The notes below the pieces were generated by a model. It did no database searches. It saw only the letters and a list, made by a program, of their open reading frames with translations, and was not told where the DNA came from. From Macrostomum lignano (Eukaryota), in assembly GCA_002269645.1 (NCBI GenBank), contig NIVC01002056.1, forward strand, positions 78,522-142,521: a stretch of DNA of 64,000 bases. Direction: 5' to 3'. Position 1 is the stretch's first letter. Each line of letters starts with the position of its first letter. A program made the position numbers and the translations under genes. Positions 48,154 through 58,908 of the stretch are shown piece by piece.

Positions 48154-49586
48154 CTGTAATTTTTTGCACAAATTTTCTATCGCTTAAGTGTTGAAAAATT
48201 GTAGGAACATCTCAACTTAAGCCATACTGACTGACAATTAGGCTAGTTCTGTCGGCTGTAAACTTAAGTATTGCGTTGGATATAGCATTGAGACACAGTC
48301 GGGGCTTATATTATATATTAAAAAAATTGAACCTTAAAATACAGAAGAAACAAACATTTATTTTGCAACCAATTTACCGCCAAAACATTAAGCTAAATAT
48401 AGAACCATGGCGGACGCACCAAGTTTAATCTAGTAAAAGCAAGGTAGAAATAAAAATTGCTTGCTTCATTTACGCAACTATGTAGGTCATTGCTTCACTT
48501 TCGTCGCTTTGCGAAAAGAGTTAGTCATCTTTTCAGCAAAGCTTGCTACAGGCAAGAGAGAGACACTTAAGCGCCTGTTCAATAACCAAACACACGTAGC
48601 ACTGAAGCAAACTCGTAACAATATAATGCTTTCGTATACGTGATGCTTGCATACTACGAATTTCTAGCGACTGCCAAAACCACAAAATATCTTTACTGTC
48701 TTGTTGTGTGGGTTAGTATGCCAGAACCTTGTGCAAACATTCAGTGTAGCTATTTCAACTCGATTTGTAAGGCCACATTCGAATACACGCTGAGCATTCA
48801 AGTGTATGCTTATCGAGAAAATCTAAAAATAGCCTGCTTCTCAAACTTAATAAGATATGGTAGCTACATTTAGATTCAATGTACGCTCGTGCAGTATATT
48901 CATCGCCATATACTAAATTTAGTATACAATTAATATATTCTGAAACTCTGAATAGCTTCCAGAAGGTCGTCTAGCGTAATCACTTATTCATAGTTTCAGT
49001 TAAAATAAATTGACTAAAAAGCAATGTTTTTCGCCAGGAAAACCTCTGGGAGCTATACGTATATTATTCACAACTAGCGTAAACTGGCAAAACTTCACGG
49101 ATCGCAGGACAGTAACAAAAAACAAATAATTATAAAGGAATAAAGACGGATTGCTTTTTTAACGCTGAATAAACACAACTGGAACCTCCATCGGACATTG
49201 TATGGATGTGTATGGATCCTAAAAATATGTGTATGGATAGGCTTGTACATATCCTTTATAGCTTACTTTTCGTTAATGTAAGCAATGGTGGTATGAGTAG
49301 AACCGAGAGCTTCGAACCGGATTGAAACATAGAGAGAAATATATGGCCGGGAAATTGCGTTGTAGGCAAAGTTCTGCGTGTTGACGTAACTACTGATTGC
49401 TTCTCTTAGAGAGAAATCACCTGATTGGTTACTATACAGTGAAAAATCGATTAAATATGTGTATTAATATGATACAAAAGCTCTGATTTAGTAAATACCT
49501 GGAGGATGAAGTATTGTATACGTCATTCCAAACTATTGTAGTAGTGTCAGTGAATGGAGCACACACGGCACAGAGGGAGGCGTGGG

Positions 49587-50296
49587 CACAGAATATTACA
49601 TGCGAGCAAAGAGTATTTGAGGTCGCCCAGTATAGAGTGCCAATAAGGATGAAAATCTGAAGCCGATTTTTAGAATCCACCAACCCCTCCGGTCACCAAG
49701 CCTTCCAGTCTATGGCACAAGTTGTGGCTAGAATGATGTACAAAGCCGATGCTCAGAAATATAAGACATCTCACACTTAGAAAATGCATGTATCAAATAA
49801 GCAGGACAACATCGCTCAGTCACCAGACTCAGTTGCCGTCGTCGATACACAACTCCGTAACAGTCATGCCATATAGCCTTATCACTTATGCCTTTTGCTT
49901 TTCCCATTGCTGCACCTTCACTCTGCTTGTTTATCACTTTGTTTTTGTCTTTCCGACTCAGCTGCAAGAATCCTGCTCAACTTCTTTTCTCCTTACACAA
50001 TGCAATCATCGTACGTACGGTTACAGTATAGATACAGAAATAAAGTCTTGAGGACGTCTTAAGCATACATGGTATTCGTCCAGCTACATTAGCTACTTGT
50101 ATTTTTCTCATGCACTCTATGTATATTTCTGAGCATCGGCTTTGTACGCCATTCTAGCCACAACTTGTGCCATAGACTAAAAAGCTTGGTGACCGGAGGG
50201 GGTGGGTGGATTCTAAAAATCGGCTTCAGATTCTCATCCTTATTGGCACTCTATACTAGGCGACCTCAATACTCCTTGCATACGAGTAATTCTGTG
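49587..50296. mobile_element. Foldback element with ~180 bp inverted arms
   Basis: About 49587-49770 is the reverse complement of about 50122-50296 (e.g. AAGCCGATTTTTAGAATCCACC versus GGTGGATTCTAAAAATCGGCTT); no TSD seen. Confidence 0.75.
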
Positions 50297-50318
50297 TAAA
50301 TTCCTTGGATGTGGGGAA

Positions 50319-50693
50319 CATAGATAAAGTATACATAGATTCCACCCCTACCCCCGCGGAGTGTCTAAACTGTGACCATCACTTTATTCACTGCGCTCCT
50401 ATTGGCTGGGCCACGCTATGCACATTGAGTCCACGTGTGTACATTCCCCCAACTTGCGTGTCGACTTCATTCTTGCTAAACTGTTGAAACTGGTAAGACA
50501 TCCTTTCGTTCCGCTTCCGTTTCGTTCCCGTTCCGCTTGTGTGGAAGGGGTGAGGGAATGAAATCGAAGGGGTTGAAAGGAAGGCTTTCGCGCCAGCCAA
50601 TGAGAGCACGGTGAGTTTTATGGTGGTCAAAGTTTGGACACGAGCGTGTGTACATTCTGGGCAGGGGTGGAATCTATGTATACTTTATCTATG
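50319..50693. mobile_element. MITE, 375 bp, with perfect 8-bp TSD
   Basis: TIR CATAGATAAAGTATACATAGATTCCACCCCT at both ends; GTGGGGAA duplicated at 50311-50318 and 50694-50701. An 8-bp TSD fits the hAT or P superfamily. Confidence 0.9.
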
Positions 50694-51844
50694 GTGGGGA
50701 AGAAGCCCTCGCTATCTACCATAAACTAAGTTTCACTGCAACAGGCTAAATAAAAACGTTTCTGTAGTCTATGGCCGTGCCTAAGCGGGGAATGAACTTT
50801 ACTTAGTGTATTTTGGTATGATATTAGCAAGGCTGCAAAAAGTAACAAACTGGACTCAAAATGAGAAGCAAACAACAGCATAAAAACAAAACAATTTTTG
50901 GTTGCAGAAAAAAATATAAAATTGTCGATAAAAATTCTGCAAGAACAATACACATTAGATTAAAAATGTGCTGCAAAATTTAAGAAATCATCACTTTTCG
51001 ACAATAGCAATGTAATTATTCATATTTAATTTGTTGTACAACATAGCTAGCTGTACCGAAATATTAAATTCAACACATAGACACTTAATATTATAGATAT
51101 AAATATTTAGCTCAAGACACTAAGCGTAGGAAAGAAGCGATCCTTAGTTTAAAACACAGTTTAGAGCTAATTATAAAATTGATAATAGAAACGCCGATAC
51201 GGAAGCCAACAAAAGCAGTAAAACATAATTAAAATGATCTACTGGATTTGAAAATTGCTCTATAGGAAACACTTTTTACGATTATACTTGAATAGTGACT
51301 GGTTACAAGCAATTTAAGCACTAAAATATTACATGATTAATTCAATAATTAGAATTTTTATCGTCAATATTGCTTTGGTCGATTAAGAGCTCATTCACAC
51401 CGCCATTAAACAACGCCAAGTTTCATGTCATTACAAAATTTGTACATTCTACATTAACTCCTTCTCAACATCAGTCGTGGAGTGCCGGCCATAAAACAGC
51501 CATGATATCTGAGAGCTTGTGCACGAGTGCGCAGAAGTCAGCGGAATGGGCCTTACAGTCTGTAGGGACGAAATCACCGAAGGCGTTGCATTAGAGAGCC
51601 CACGATCCCTTTATTACAGTGAATGACTGTAAACGCTTCATTTATGACAATATGATGACGGTGTGAAAAAATTATGGTGACAAGAAATCACTGTTTTAAT
51701 AAATAAAGTACGAATGTTTAGCTATTGGTCATCATTGATTAAAACTCAAAATTCTTGATGCAGTGCTGCATAACTGCAATTTTTATCGGTAAAGTGGACA
51801 GGAACATCCAACCTGAACATAAACAAATGTACAATAACATCGAT

Positions 51845-53743
51845 TCAAGGAGCACTGGGAGGCACACCCAGATACGGAGGTACTGAAGCCTGGGCGCCGC
51901 CAGAAGCGGCAGGATAGGCCGGCGGTGGTGCAGTCGGAGCCGCAGCTCCAGGAGCATAGACTGGACCTGCAGGATAGCCAGGCTGAGGGGCGCCAGGATA
52001 TCCTGGACCCGATTGAGGCACACCGGGATACGGAGCACCAGGATATTGAGCTCCTCCTGGTTGAGTGCCAGGGTACGGAGCGCTTCCAGGAATTCCGGCA
52101 CCACCAGCAACTAACGGAGCGTCGTTGCGAACTCGAGGCGGACCAGCTCGAATTCCGCGACGCCTCATCCACTCGCACACCTGATTCGGAAGCTCCGCCA
52201 GTACCTCCTTCGCCAAGGCATACCTGCTGCGATCAATGCTGCCACCCTGAATGAAACGACGCAAAGGAACGAATTGGACGACATCTCTTTCGGCGATCAT
52301 CGACCCGCAGCGAAGTCGTTTGTCGTCGGAGTCGAGCTCCTCCATCGCAGAGAAGTCCTCGTCTCCGACACCAACTATGATTATGGACATCGGTAGAGAT
52401 GACGCCTTGATGATTGCCTGCTTCGTCTTCTCGAAGTCCGTGATGATTCCGTCAGTGATGATCAGCAGTACAAAGTACTGAGCTCCTGTCTGGTGAGCCG
52501 CAGCCATTGACGCTACGTGGTTGATCACGGGCGAAAAGTTTGTCGGGCCGTACAGTCGCACCGCTCTGATGCAAGACCGATAGGCCGCGAGAAGACCTGG
52601 CATTCCTGCGCAGTACGGGTTTTCGGGCTGCAGAGTCAGCGAGAACGCATCCTGAACTCCCGAGAACATTGGAGGCAACAGAGCTCCGAAGCCCAGTCCG
52701 GGAAACTGCTTGTCTGAGTCGTAGTCCTGCACAATCTCTCCTACCGAAATTATCGCCAGCTCGTACTGGTTCGGTCGGCCGTCGGCGCTCACGTGGTGCA
52801 GCGAGCGAGGGTCTCTGGGGTCTCCGTTGCTGCCCGTGAAGTCGATTGCAACCGTGAAGTGCAGCTCAGTGCCGCCCTGAATGTAGTCGACGAACGAGTC
52901 GATGGTCTCGATTCCGATCTGGCTGAACACGATGGTTCCAGCCGACTTTTTCTTCTTGCTGATGAGGGTTCGTTGGGCGGAGCGGCTCCGGGCGACCTCC
53001 TGCTCCAAGCTCTCCAGACTGCTGTAAAAGCTGCCGATAAAATCGTGCGACCCGTCGCTGTCGTAGTCGTGGCAGTCGAAGCGAAGTAGCAGCTGCCTGT
53101 TTCCGCGGCACAAACGGTTCAGTGGAACCAAAAATTTGGCCCATCGCGGGTTCAAATTGTTCTTGATTACTTCGGTACGATGTACAAGTGTCCAATGTCG
53201 GACTTTATTGACTTCATTTTCACTCGTAATTTCCTCCATTGGCTGATAAATTTCAAGGTAAGGATCGGATTTTCCAAGAAAGTCTTTTTTGTCAAGCTTT
53301 TTTCCTTCGGCAATGAAACTGACTATTTGTTTGCACTCTTGAAGCTCGAAACACGTGATTATAATTGTGGACTTCTTGTGTCCAGTTTTGGACAAAGTAG
53401 TTTCGAATCGACGTCGGCTTACAAGCTCGCCGATCGAAGTCTCCAACTCGCCGAGAAAGTCGTGTTCAGACAGTCGAGCACTCGGACTGTCCAAGTCGTA
53501 AATTTGAAACTTCACCAGCTGACGCTCCTCGAACATGAAGTCGACAATGAACCGATGGCTGAATTCGGGATCAAGCGTGTTGTTCAGCTTTTCAGTTCTG
53601 CCGATTTCTTGAAAATTAGAAGTTCCCGGCTGGCGCAGGAACAGGACGCACTGGGGATCTGACTTGGAGGTGACGTCGCGGTCAGGCAGATTTCTGCAGG
53701 ACACGCTGATCTCAACGCGACTGGTGAGGCTTGGGCCGGACAT
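51845..53743 (-). CDS. CPNE: Copine copy 2, intronless CDS, 632 aa, Pro/Tyr/Gly tail with PTAP, PPAY and terminal PSAP
   Basis: Single ORF with the same C2-C2-vWA motifs as copy 1; tail ...AAAPTAPPPAYP...VPPYLGVPPSAP*. Confidence 0.95.
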   Translation of the reverse strand: MSGPSLTSRVEISVSCRNLPDRDVTSKSDPQCVLFLRQPGTSNFQEIGRTEKLNNTLDPEFSHRFIVDFMFEERQLVKFQIYDLDSPSARLSEHDFLGELETSIGELVSRRRFETTLSKTGHKKSTIIITCFELQECKQIVSFIAEGKKLDKKDFLGKSDPYLEIYQPMEEITSENEVNKVRHWTLVHRTEVIKNNLNPRWAKFLVPLNRLCRGNRQLLLRFDCHDYDSDGSHDFIGSFYSSLESLEQEVARSRSAQRTLISKKKKSAGTIVFSQIGIETIDSFVDYIQGGTELHFTVAIDFTGSNGDPRDPRSLHHVSADGRPNQYELAIISVGEIVQDYDSDKQFPGLGFGALLPPMFSGVQDAFSLTLQPENPYCAGMPGLLAAYRSCIRAVRLYGPTNFSPVINHVASMAAAHQTGAQYFVLLIITDGIITDFEKTKQAIIKASSLPMSIIIVGVGDEDFSAMEELDSDDKRLRCGSMIAERDVVQFVPLRRFIQGGSIDRSRYALAKEVLAELPNQVCEWMRRRGIRAGPPRVRNDAPLVAGGAGIPGSAPYPGTQPGGAQYPGAPYPGVPQSGPGYPGAPQPGYPAGPVYAPGAAAPTAPPPAYPAASGGAQASVPPYLGVPPSAP

Positions 53744-54772
53744 CAGGAACAAGTTAGTACCGATTAAACTCGATTCGGTTTAATACAGATTACCGCCCGT
53801 GTAATTAGTGTAGCTTTACTTTACTTGCATAGAAAAATGTCACCCTCATAATGCTACAATCGATGAGCAAAGTAAACATCCTGCCCTAAAATAGGTTTGC
53901 TGTTATCGTACTTTACTCGTTCAGGATCTGAAGAATGAGATTATATGCCTATGCAAGAGGCCATTGGCAATGAACTAATCTTAGTAATTACGACCTAGTT
54001 CTAGATTAGGCATGCAAACTTGGCTGAAGTTACTATTTTAGAAAGATTAACTGGAATGTTGTCAAGAAGCAGTAAATGATTTATTAACTAATAATTTTAT
54101 CGTACTTTTGCACAATTCCATAAGGAACAATTTAAATATTTGGAAAATCAGCACTTTTTGAATAAGCGAGATTTTTTTAGGCCTTGATCAAGTAATATAA
54201 CGAAGCAAAAATATAATGAATATACAATTTCATTATTTAGCTTGACGGCAATGTCGGAATAGCAGACGTACCGGTAGGTATTCAAAACCAGTAAATATTA
54301 ATTTCGTGGATACATGATTTAAAAACATACAATTGCGGCAAAATTGGATTGGCAAATAGTAGCAGTATAAATAGAGTGGGAAAAGTATTTTAATTAAAGT
54401 ACAAAACAGTTCACGTCCTATCCATCGGATGCATTAATCCTCTCTTGTGGAAAGCAAAAGCAGAATAACTATTTAGTAACAAGAATTATATTTTCATAAC
54501 TACTGACGCGCAGTACTTTAAATTACGATTTCCAATATCATTCTATAGAAAAATTAATAATTTCGATAATTCCGTCAGACAGTAAATTAGGCCCTTTTAT
54601 TGCCTCTACTAGTAATACAAATTAAAGCCAGCTTAGATCATTAACAGCTAGCAGAAACTCTGCCGATTACAATAGAAAACCAGTTTGAATCTTTTTTAGG
54701 CATCTCAACTTTATGACAATTTGGTTAGGATGCATTCGAGTTGCTGATACTGGCATAGAATTTCTATTCCTT

Positions 54773-55740
54773 TCAGTGTGGCCATAGATAAGTGAAACAA
54801 GCGGGGAATAATGTATCGGTATTTATTCCCCACTACTCAGGCCTGGCCATAGACTATAGGAATGTATTCCTTCGGCCTGGCGCAATAAAACCAAGGACGA
54901 CTTAAGTAGAAGGACGGGAAACCTCGTTTCTTAGAAAATTTTTGAAGGCACTTTTTTTCCGAAAAAATACACTGCGGAGATAGGAAATTTTCATTTTTTC
55001 AGCACAAAAATTGCTATTACTTTTGATAGGAGGCAGATCCAGTGTTCATCTTTTGATATGTTGTGCCTTTTTTATTGCTCTATCGATATTTATAAGGCTT
55101 TTCGTTCAGAAAATTAGATTTCTATGTTAATTTTTCATTCTACGTATATTTCCTGTACCTGAAAATCACAATAATGCATGACACAGCTCCAATATTTGGT
55201 TTTATGAATCTATTTTATCATCTCTGTTACGAATATTTGCTACACAGTCAGTTAAGAATGACAAAATAGACTTATGAAACCAAAGAGCCGAGCCGTGGCA
55301 GTCTAATGTATTTCAAGCACAAGACGCGCGAAAATATACGTAAAATAAAAAATTAACATAGAAATCTAATTTTCTGAACGGAAAGCTTCATAAATATCGA
55401 TAGAGCAATAAAAAAGGCACAACATATCAAAAGATGAACACTGGATCTGCCTCCTATCAAAAGTAATAGCAATTTTTGTGCTGAAAAATGAAAATTTCCT
55501 ATCTCCGCAGTGTATTTTTTCGGAAAAAAGTGCCTTCAAAAATTTTCTAAGAAACGAGGTTTCCCGTCCTTCTACTTAAGTCGTCCTTGAATGAAACTCC
55601 AATAAATATGTTTCTATAGTCTATGGCCGGGCCCAAGTGGGAAATAATAAACATTATAAGCTAGTATATGCTACTTAAACGCACTATAGTTTAATTTATT
55701 CAGAGGAAAAAGCTGTCTATGGTTGCAACTGAGGGCTTCA
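54773..55740. mobile_element. Older palindromic element hosting the 54892-55589 MITE
   Basis: GCCTGGCCATAGACTATAGGA (about 54841) and TTCTATAGTCTATGGCCGGGC (about 55612) are inverted; a related sequence occurs at about 50760-50795. Confidence 0.4.
54892..55589. mobile_element. hAT-like MITE, 698 bp, ~255 bp TIRs
   Basis: Ends CAAGGACGACTTAAG...CTTAAGTCGTCCTTG; flanks AATAAAAC (54884-54891) and AATGAAAC (55590-55597) form an 8-bp TSD with one mismatch. Confidence 0.88.
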
Positions 55741-56126
55741 CCCTCACACCAAATACTGGCCCCACACCGACTGTCGCAATGGCAGTGTGACTTAGGCATA
55801 AATGTCTATGACACCATATTAATAGGATAGCCATAGCAACTCTTGACTCCAAAACAAAATGATAAAAAAATGAAAAAGCCATTAAAAGCTACAAATTCAA
55901 TGCACATGGGTAGGCTGGATGATAAATAAGAGCATTAAAACAATACTGAAAAATCAACGCATCGAATTCCTTTAAACGAAATAAATTAAAGAGTAATTAC
56001 AACAGCAGACGTATTGTTTTTTTAAATGAGGAGATTACAAGACAATTCAAGACAAATAGAGCTAGCCATCAATGTTTTATATCAAATTTATACAGCAGAC
56101 AGCAAGACTCGCAAAAAATCGTCTGT

Positions 56127-58294
56127 TTAAGGAGCACTGGGCTGCGTCCCTCCGGCTACAGAGTAATTTTGAGCCAAGTGGCCATAGCCGGCTTGACGAG
56201 AGCTCACTTGAATACCGGGGTAATTTGCGGCGCCATACTGGCCTGGACCAGTAGGATATCCTCCAACATTTTGATAAGCACCAGGATACCCTGCGCCACC
56301 AGTAGGGGCACCAGGATACCCTGCGCCACCCGCATGGGCACCAGGATACCCTGCGCCACCCGTAGGGGCACCAGGATACCCTGCGCCACCCGCATGGGCA
56401 CCAGGATACCCTGCGCCACCCGTAGGGGCACCAGGATACCCTGCGCCACCCGCAGGGGCACCAGGATACCCTGCGCGACCCGCAGGGGCACCAGGATACC
56501 CTGCGCCACCCGCAGGGGCACCAGGATACCCTGCGCCACCCGTAGGGACACCAGGATACCCTGCGCCACCCGTAGGGGCACCAGGATAAGAAGGAGCTGA
56601 AGCAGGAGAGCCATCAGTACCTGGTGCGGCAGTAAATGAGGATGGGGCAACAGGGCCTGACGCTGGAACATTTGAATCAGATCGCACTTTAGGCGGACCA
56701 GCTCGAATTCCGCGACGCCTCATCCACTCGCACACCTGATTCGGAAGCTCCGCCAGTACCTCCTTCGCCAAGGCATACCTGCTGCGATCAATGTTGCCAC
56801 CCTGAATGAAACGACGCAAAGGAACGAATTGGACGACATCTCTTTCGGCGATCATCGACCCGCAACGAAGTCGTTTGTCATCGGAGTCGAGCTCCTCCAT
56901 CGCAGAGAAGTCCTCGTCTCCGACACCAACTATGATTATGGACATCGGTAGAGATGACGCCTTGATGATTGCCTGCTTCGTCTTCTCGAAGTCCGTGATG
57001 ATTCCGTCAGTGATGATCAGCAGTACAAAGTACTGAGCTCCTGTCTGGTGAGCCGCAGCCATTGACGCTACGTGGTTGATCACGGGCGAAAAGTTTGTCG
57101 GGCCGTACAGTCGCACCGCTCTGATGCAAGACCGATAGGCCGCGAGAAGACCTGGCATTCCTGCGCAGTACGGGTTTTCGGGCTGCAGAGTCAGCGAGAA
57201 CGCATCCTGAACTCCCGAGAACATTGGAGGCAACAGAGCTCCGAAGCCCAGTCCGGGAAACTGCTTGTCTGAGTCGTAGTCCTGCACAATCTCTCCTACC
57301 GAAATTATCGCCAGCTCGTACTGGTTCGGTCGGCCGTCGGCGCTCACGTGGTGCAGCGAGCGAGGGTCTCTGGGGTCTCCGTTGCTGCCCGTGAAGTCGA
57401 TTGCAACCGTGAAGTGCAGCTCAGTGCCGCCCTGAATGTAGTCGACGAACGAGTCGATGGTCTCGATTCCGATCTGGCTGAACACGATGGTTCCAGCCGA
57501 CTTTTTCTTCTTGCTGATGAGGGTTCGTTGGGCGGAGCGGCTCCGGGCGACCTCCTGCTCCAAGCTCTCCAGACTGCTGTAAAAGCTGCCGATAAAATCG
57601 TGCGACCCGTCGCTGTCGTAGTCGTGGCAGTCGAAGCGAAGTAGCAGCTGCCTGTTTCCGCGGCACAAACGGTTCAGTGGAATCGAGAATGGAGCCCATT
57701 TTGGGTTTAAATTCTTTTTAATGAATTCGGTTCTGTGCACCAAGACCCAACTGCGAACTCTGGGTACTTCTGATTCAGTTTGTATTTCATCCATCGGCTG
57801 ATAAATCTCCAGAAAAGGGTCAGACTTGCCAAAGAAGTCTTTCTTGTCAAGTTTGACGCCTTCGACGCGAAAATTGGCAATTAGTTTGCACTCCTGAAGC
57901 TCCAAGCAGGTCAGTATAATGAGAGATTTTTTGTACTGCCAGTCTTGGTCAAAGCCGCCTCGTACTGTCGCCGACTGACAAGTTCACCAACAGTGGTCTC
58001 AAGTTCGCCTAAAAAGTCATGGTCCTGCAGGGCTGCGCGCGAGCTGTCAACATCGTAGAGCCGAAAAATGACTACCTGTCTTTCCTCGAAGCAGAAGTCT
58101 ACTTGAAACTTGTGATTGAATTGCGGGTTTAGGGTGTTCTGTATGCATTCAGTGCGACCAAATTCATGCGTTGATGTTGGCGTTTTCATGAACAGGACAC
58201 ACATTGGATCAGATTTGGACATGACATCACGATCTGGCAAGTTCTTGCAAGAGACAATGATCTCCACCCTGCTAGTGAGCTGAGGAGCTGCCAT
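56127..58294 (-). CDS. CPNE: Copine copy 3, intronless, interrupted by a 1-nt frameshift at 57927-57932; about 722 aa if corrected
   Basis: ORF 58294-57911 encodes C2A; ORF 57905-56127 encodes C2B-vWA-tail. One more A in the A6 run restores TKKSLIILTCLELQECK, matching copy 2 (HKKSTIIITCFELQECK). Ends in PSAP*. Confidence 0.88.
56280..56590 (-). repeat. Coding 30 bp repeat encoding YPGAP(T/A)GGAG, 10 full copies plus 1 partial
   Basis: CACCAGGATACCCTGCGCCACCCG(T/C)AGGGG at 30-nt spacing on +. Confidence 0.95.
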
Positions 58295-58861
58295 GTCTGT
58301 GAATGTTCATAAATTGTAGCAACTTATTATTATTTTACTAGCCTATAGTAGAGAAATTTAACAAGATCAAAAATGTTTTGAAAAAATCAGGAAAACTATG
58401 CATTTATGATGTGTTGAGTGCATGCTTAGGGATTAGTGGAATATGTATCTAGCTACTAATTTTTTGACCAGCTATGGCTAATATGTCTATATTGTAACAT
58501 TGATTTATTATTAACTTAAAGACCCTAACTAACCTAAATTTGAGCTAACAACAGAAAAGGATTTCAATTAGTTGCAAAGCTATAAATATGATCAATTTGT
58601 TACTAAAATGAACATATATTCATTGGTATTATATATAGGGTTAATATTTATACTTAAAAACTTCAAAGATAGCCAAGTCCCAACTGTATATATGCTAAGT
58701 AATAGCCTACTGAAAGAATATAATATCCTATTCATAGGCAAGTTCTAGCTAGTGCTATCATAAACCAACTATAACAATATATATGCAAGCCTAATTCTAG
58801 TCTTAATATATACAAGAGGTTTAATCTTATGCATAAGACTAAAATTATATGGCTAGATAAT

Positions 58862-58876
58862 AAAATAAATATTTAA

Positions 58877-58907
<31 letters not shown>

Positions 58908-58908
58908 A
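58862..58908. repeat. (TAAA)n microsatellite
   Basis: Directly visible within an AT-rich region upstream of copine 3. Confidence 0.85.

Noticed and set aside
46235-57699. Plus-strand and alternative-frame ORFs repeated three times over the copines
   Set aside because: Shadow ORFs of the near-identical GC-rich copine tracts.
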